From: Eledone cirrhosa | Lineage: Eukaryota | Assembly (NCBI GenBank): GCA_964016885.1 | Contig: OZ024766.1 | Span: 14,756,001-14,820,000 of the forward strand | Direction of reading: 5' to 3' | Length of the DNA stretch: 64,000 nt | Part shown: piece after piece, positions 61,140-64,000 of the stretch | Position numbering within the stretch: the first letter of the stretch is position 1 | Layout: every line of letters begins with the position of its first letter | The notes under the pieces: model-generated | The model's input: the letters and a program-made list of their open reading frames with translations, nothing else | What the model was told of the DNA's origin: nothing | The model's database searches: none | Made by a program: the position numbers and the translations under genes

Positions 61140-62505
61140 AGACAAGGACCAGGTAGCTAAGAGAGAAGCTAGAAGACAGGTATACATAACACAGAGAGAG
61201 GCTGAAAAAAGAAAGTTTGCCAAAGTCTTGAGACGTGAGAATGAGAGGTGTGAAGTGTTCCACATTGCAAGACAGGGAAAGGTGTGTTAGAAATGACACT
61301 GGTACACTTAGCACCACTGATGCTAAAATGAAAGAGGCCTAGAAATGTTACTATGAGAGATTGATGAATGTAGAGAATAAATTAAGAAGCAATCTTAGAC
61401 TTTTGTTTTATGTTCATTGTTCAACACACATACACATATAATTGACATTCTCTTTGAAATTACTGATGAAACTTGTTAGTGACACAACTACAAAAGAGGT
61501 TCCTAGCCAAGATTAAGCTGCAATATTTAGCTTTTATAGATCTAGAAAAGGCCTTTGGCAGAGTACCTTACTCTGTTATCTGGTGGTCCTTCAGAAATTT
61601 AGGTGAAGAATGGCTTGTGAGAGCAGTGCAAGCCATGTACAGAGGAGCTGTCAGTAAAGTGAGAGTAGGAAGGGAGTTTAGTGAAGAATTCAATGTACAG
61701 GTAGGTGTTCATCATGGTTCAGTTCACAACCCACTGCTGTTCATCATAGATCTCCAGGCCATAACCAATGGGTTTAAGACTGGCTGTTCACCGGAAACAG
61801 TCTATGTGAATGATCTGGTCCTTATAGCTGACTCCATAAAAGAACTAGAGAATAAGTGACCCTACTGCATATGTAGAAAAGGAGTAGGCATAAATTGTAC
61901 ACAATGATAGCTTCCGCTATCTAGGTAACCTAATTAGCAGCGGAGGAGGGTGCTTCATAAGAGAGGATAGGATTGAAGTTTAGAGAGCTACTTCCACTGT
62001 TGGCAAATAAAGTTTCTCCCTACGTACAAAAATGTTGGCTGTACAATGCCTGTGTGTAAAGTGCAATACTGCATGGAAGTGAAACATGGGCAGTAACTGC
62101 AGAAGACATGCATAAGCTGGAGAGAAATGGAGCAACCATGCTTCGTTGGATGTGCAACGTAAATGGGAGAGGAAGGCAGAGCTGGGATAAAATGAGGAAG
62201 AAATTGGACATCAGAGGAAACCGAAGTGGTGTTCAAGAGAGAAGACTGCTTTGGTAGGGATATGTGATATCCATGGATGGTGATCACTGGTTAAAGAAGT
62301 GCCACGGAATACCAGAAGAGTGAAGCCATACTAGAGGTAGACCAAGGAAGACCAGGGTAGATGTGGTGAGAGCTGATCTCAAATTGCTGAGACTCACAGA
62401 GGAGATAACGAAGGAACAAGCGAGTGGGGAGATGTTCTGCTTAAAAGAACACATCCAACCCATGCCAGGATTGAAAAACGGACGTAAAACTATGATGATG
62501 ATGTA
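61140..62505 (+). mobile_element. Old, deleted RTE LINE
   Basis: QVAKREARRQVY and FIDLEKAF remnants; 3' GGACGTAAAAC(TGA)n. Confidence 0.85.
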
Positions 62506-62569
62506 GATGAAGTATATTAACTCTAAACAGATTTCGACTAAAACGAACAAAACTTCCCTGAAACAACAG

Positions 62570-62882
62570 GGTACAGCTAAATATAAACTATATTTTATAA
62601 TGTAAGGTAGTGAACGAGATAATTAAATAGACGGAGGTAACTTAGATAATAAAAATATCTTTAATTTACTTAAAGCAATAACAAGGTACAGCTAAATATA
62701 AACTATATTTTATAATGTAAAGTAGTGAACCACATAATTAAATAGACGGAGGTAATTTAAATAATAAATATATCTTTAATTTACTTAAAGCAATAACAAG
62801 GTACAGCTAAATATAAAATATATTTTATAATGTAAGGTAGTGAACAAGATAATTAAATAGACGGAGGTATTTTAAATAATAA
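62570..62882. repeat. 115-bp tandem repeat, about 2.7 copies
   Basis: GTACAGCTAAATATAAA at 62571, 62686 and 62801. Confidence 0.9.
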
Positions 62883-63223
62883 AGACAGTCATGATAATAT
62901 ATTTTATATCACATGTAACAGTGGAATCGGTTAATTACTGGATCGTTGAAGAGTTCACGTAATTCTATAATTTACACACATTAATATAGACATTAAGTAA
63001 ATCTTTGTCAACTGTACATGGCTTGCACTGCTCTCACAAGCCATTCTTCTACACCTAAAAGCGGAAGAGGAGGCGCTCCATTTGTGTCAGATTTGGGCTG
63101 GGGCAATATTTCCCAATTCCACTTAATTCCATTAAATATTCAATCTTGGTCGAAATAAATATTTTCATCGGTGACGATCTGTACAACCAATAATAGTAGG
63201 AGTCACGTTACATGATATATATA

Positions 63224-63300
63224 CAGGGTGTCCCTAAAATATGTATACACATTTACATAGACTGTAGTTGAAGTGTGTATACATGTTTGGGGAGACCCTG
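63224..63300. mobile_element. 77-bp Tc1/mariner-type MITE (same family as 29670)
   Basis: TA|CAGGGTGTCCC...GGGGAGACCCTG|TA. Confidence 0.85.
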
Positions 63301-64000
63301 TATATATGTTAAAAGATGATTGATATATATATCTACACTCAAATGTATATTTATATATATATAAATATATGTATATATATATAAAGATATATATACTCTT
63401 ACGTGTATACGTCTGAAAATGTATATATGTATGTAAACACATACCTAAACATACATGTTTACATATAGATGGACAGTTATACATATACAATAACTTATTT
63501 CTATACATACATATACCACAAGTAAGGCATGGTGTTGCCAACTAACCAGAGCTCCCTCATAATGGACCAGCTAGATCCCAAAATACAGGCCTGCTAGCCA
63601 ACACACAGTCCCAATAAGTGTAAACTACAGCGCAGCTATCTGGACAGACTTGTCTTAAGACTACTCATTATCCCACTACATCTTTTGTATACTATATATA
63701 TACTGTGTATATACTGTTTATATATATATACACACACACATATAATTGTGTATTCACACATTATCTTAGTAATGAAATAATAATTTTAGTAAATTGTTCA
63801 AAATTCTTCATTAACCCTTTTGGTAGAAACCCAGCCAAAATAGGTTCTCCTTCTATGGAAATGGTTCCTATCTAAATTAAAGTCTTCCAACGAAATTCTA
63901 TATAACAACCATATGTTAAGTTACTATGTTAGTAATTAACTAACAATTGTGATAAATAGCTCATAATTATTCATAATTAATTGAAATACAAGGTTCATAA

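Overview
AT-rich, (TA)n-riddled animal genomic DNA. The [12 protein letters not shown] zinc fingers and SINE/LINE families point to an octopus-like cephalopod (inference). Nearly all of the window appears to be intron of one minus-strand host gene. Three phase-1 exons were read directly: EGF-like 46784-46921, EGF-like 4804-4947 and the N-terminal half of an F-type lectin domain 3915-4172. The introns hold many RTE LINEs (one family with an internal PHD-like finger), CR1 and L1/Tx1 fragments, a Penelope-like element with an inverted pLTR, a gag-deleted Gypsy element, a defective Helitron with a head-to-tail mini-derivative, hAT/piggyBac/Tc1 MITEs, tRNA-derived SINEs, a decayed C2H2 zinc-finger gene, a 5S rRNA fragment and several minisatellites. 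The most notable signals are: a non-coding ~442-nt repeat carrying type I hammerhead ribozymes (retrozyme-like), a second hammerhead pair with covarying stems, a CTAG|TC Helitron concatemer junction, satellites arising from TE ends, and one LINE scrambled into three pieces. All calls are by eye; no searches or folding computations were run.
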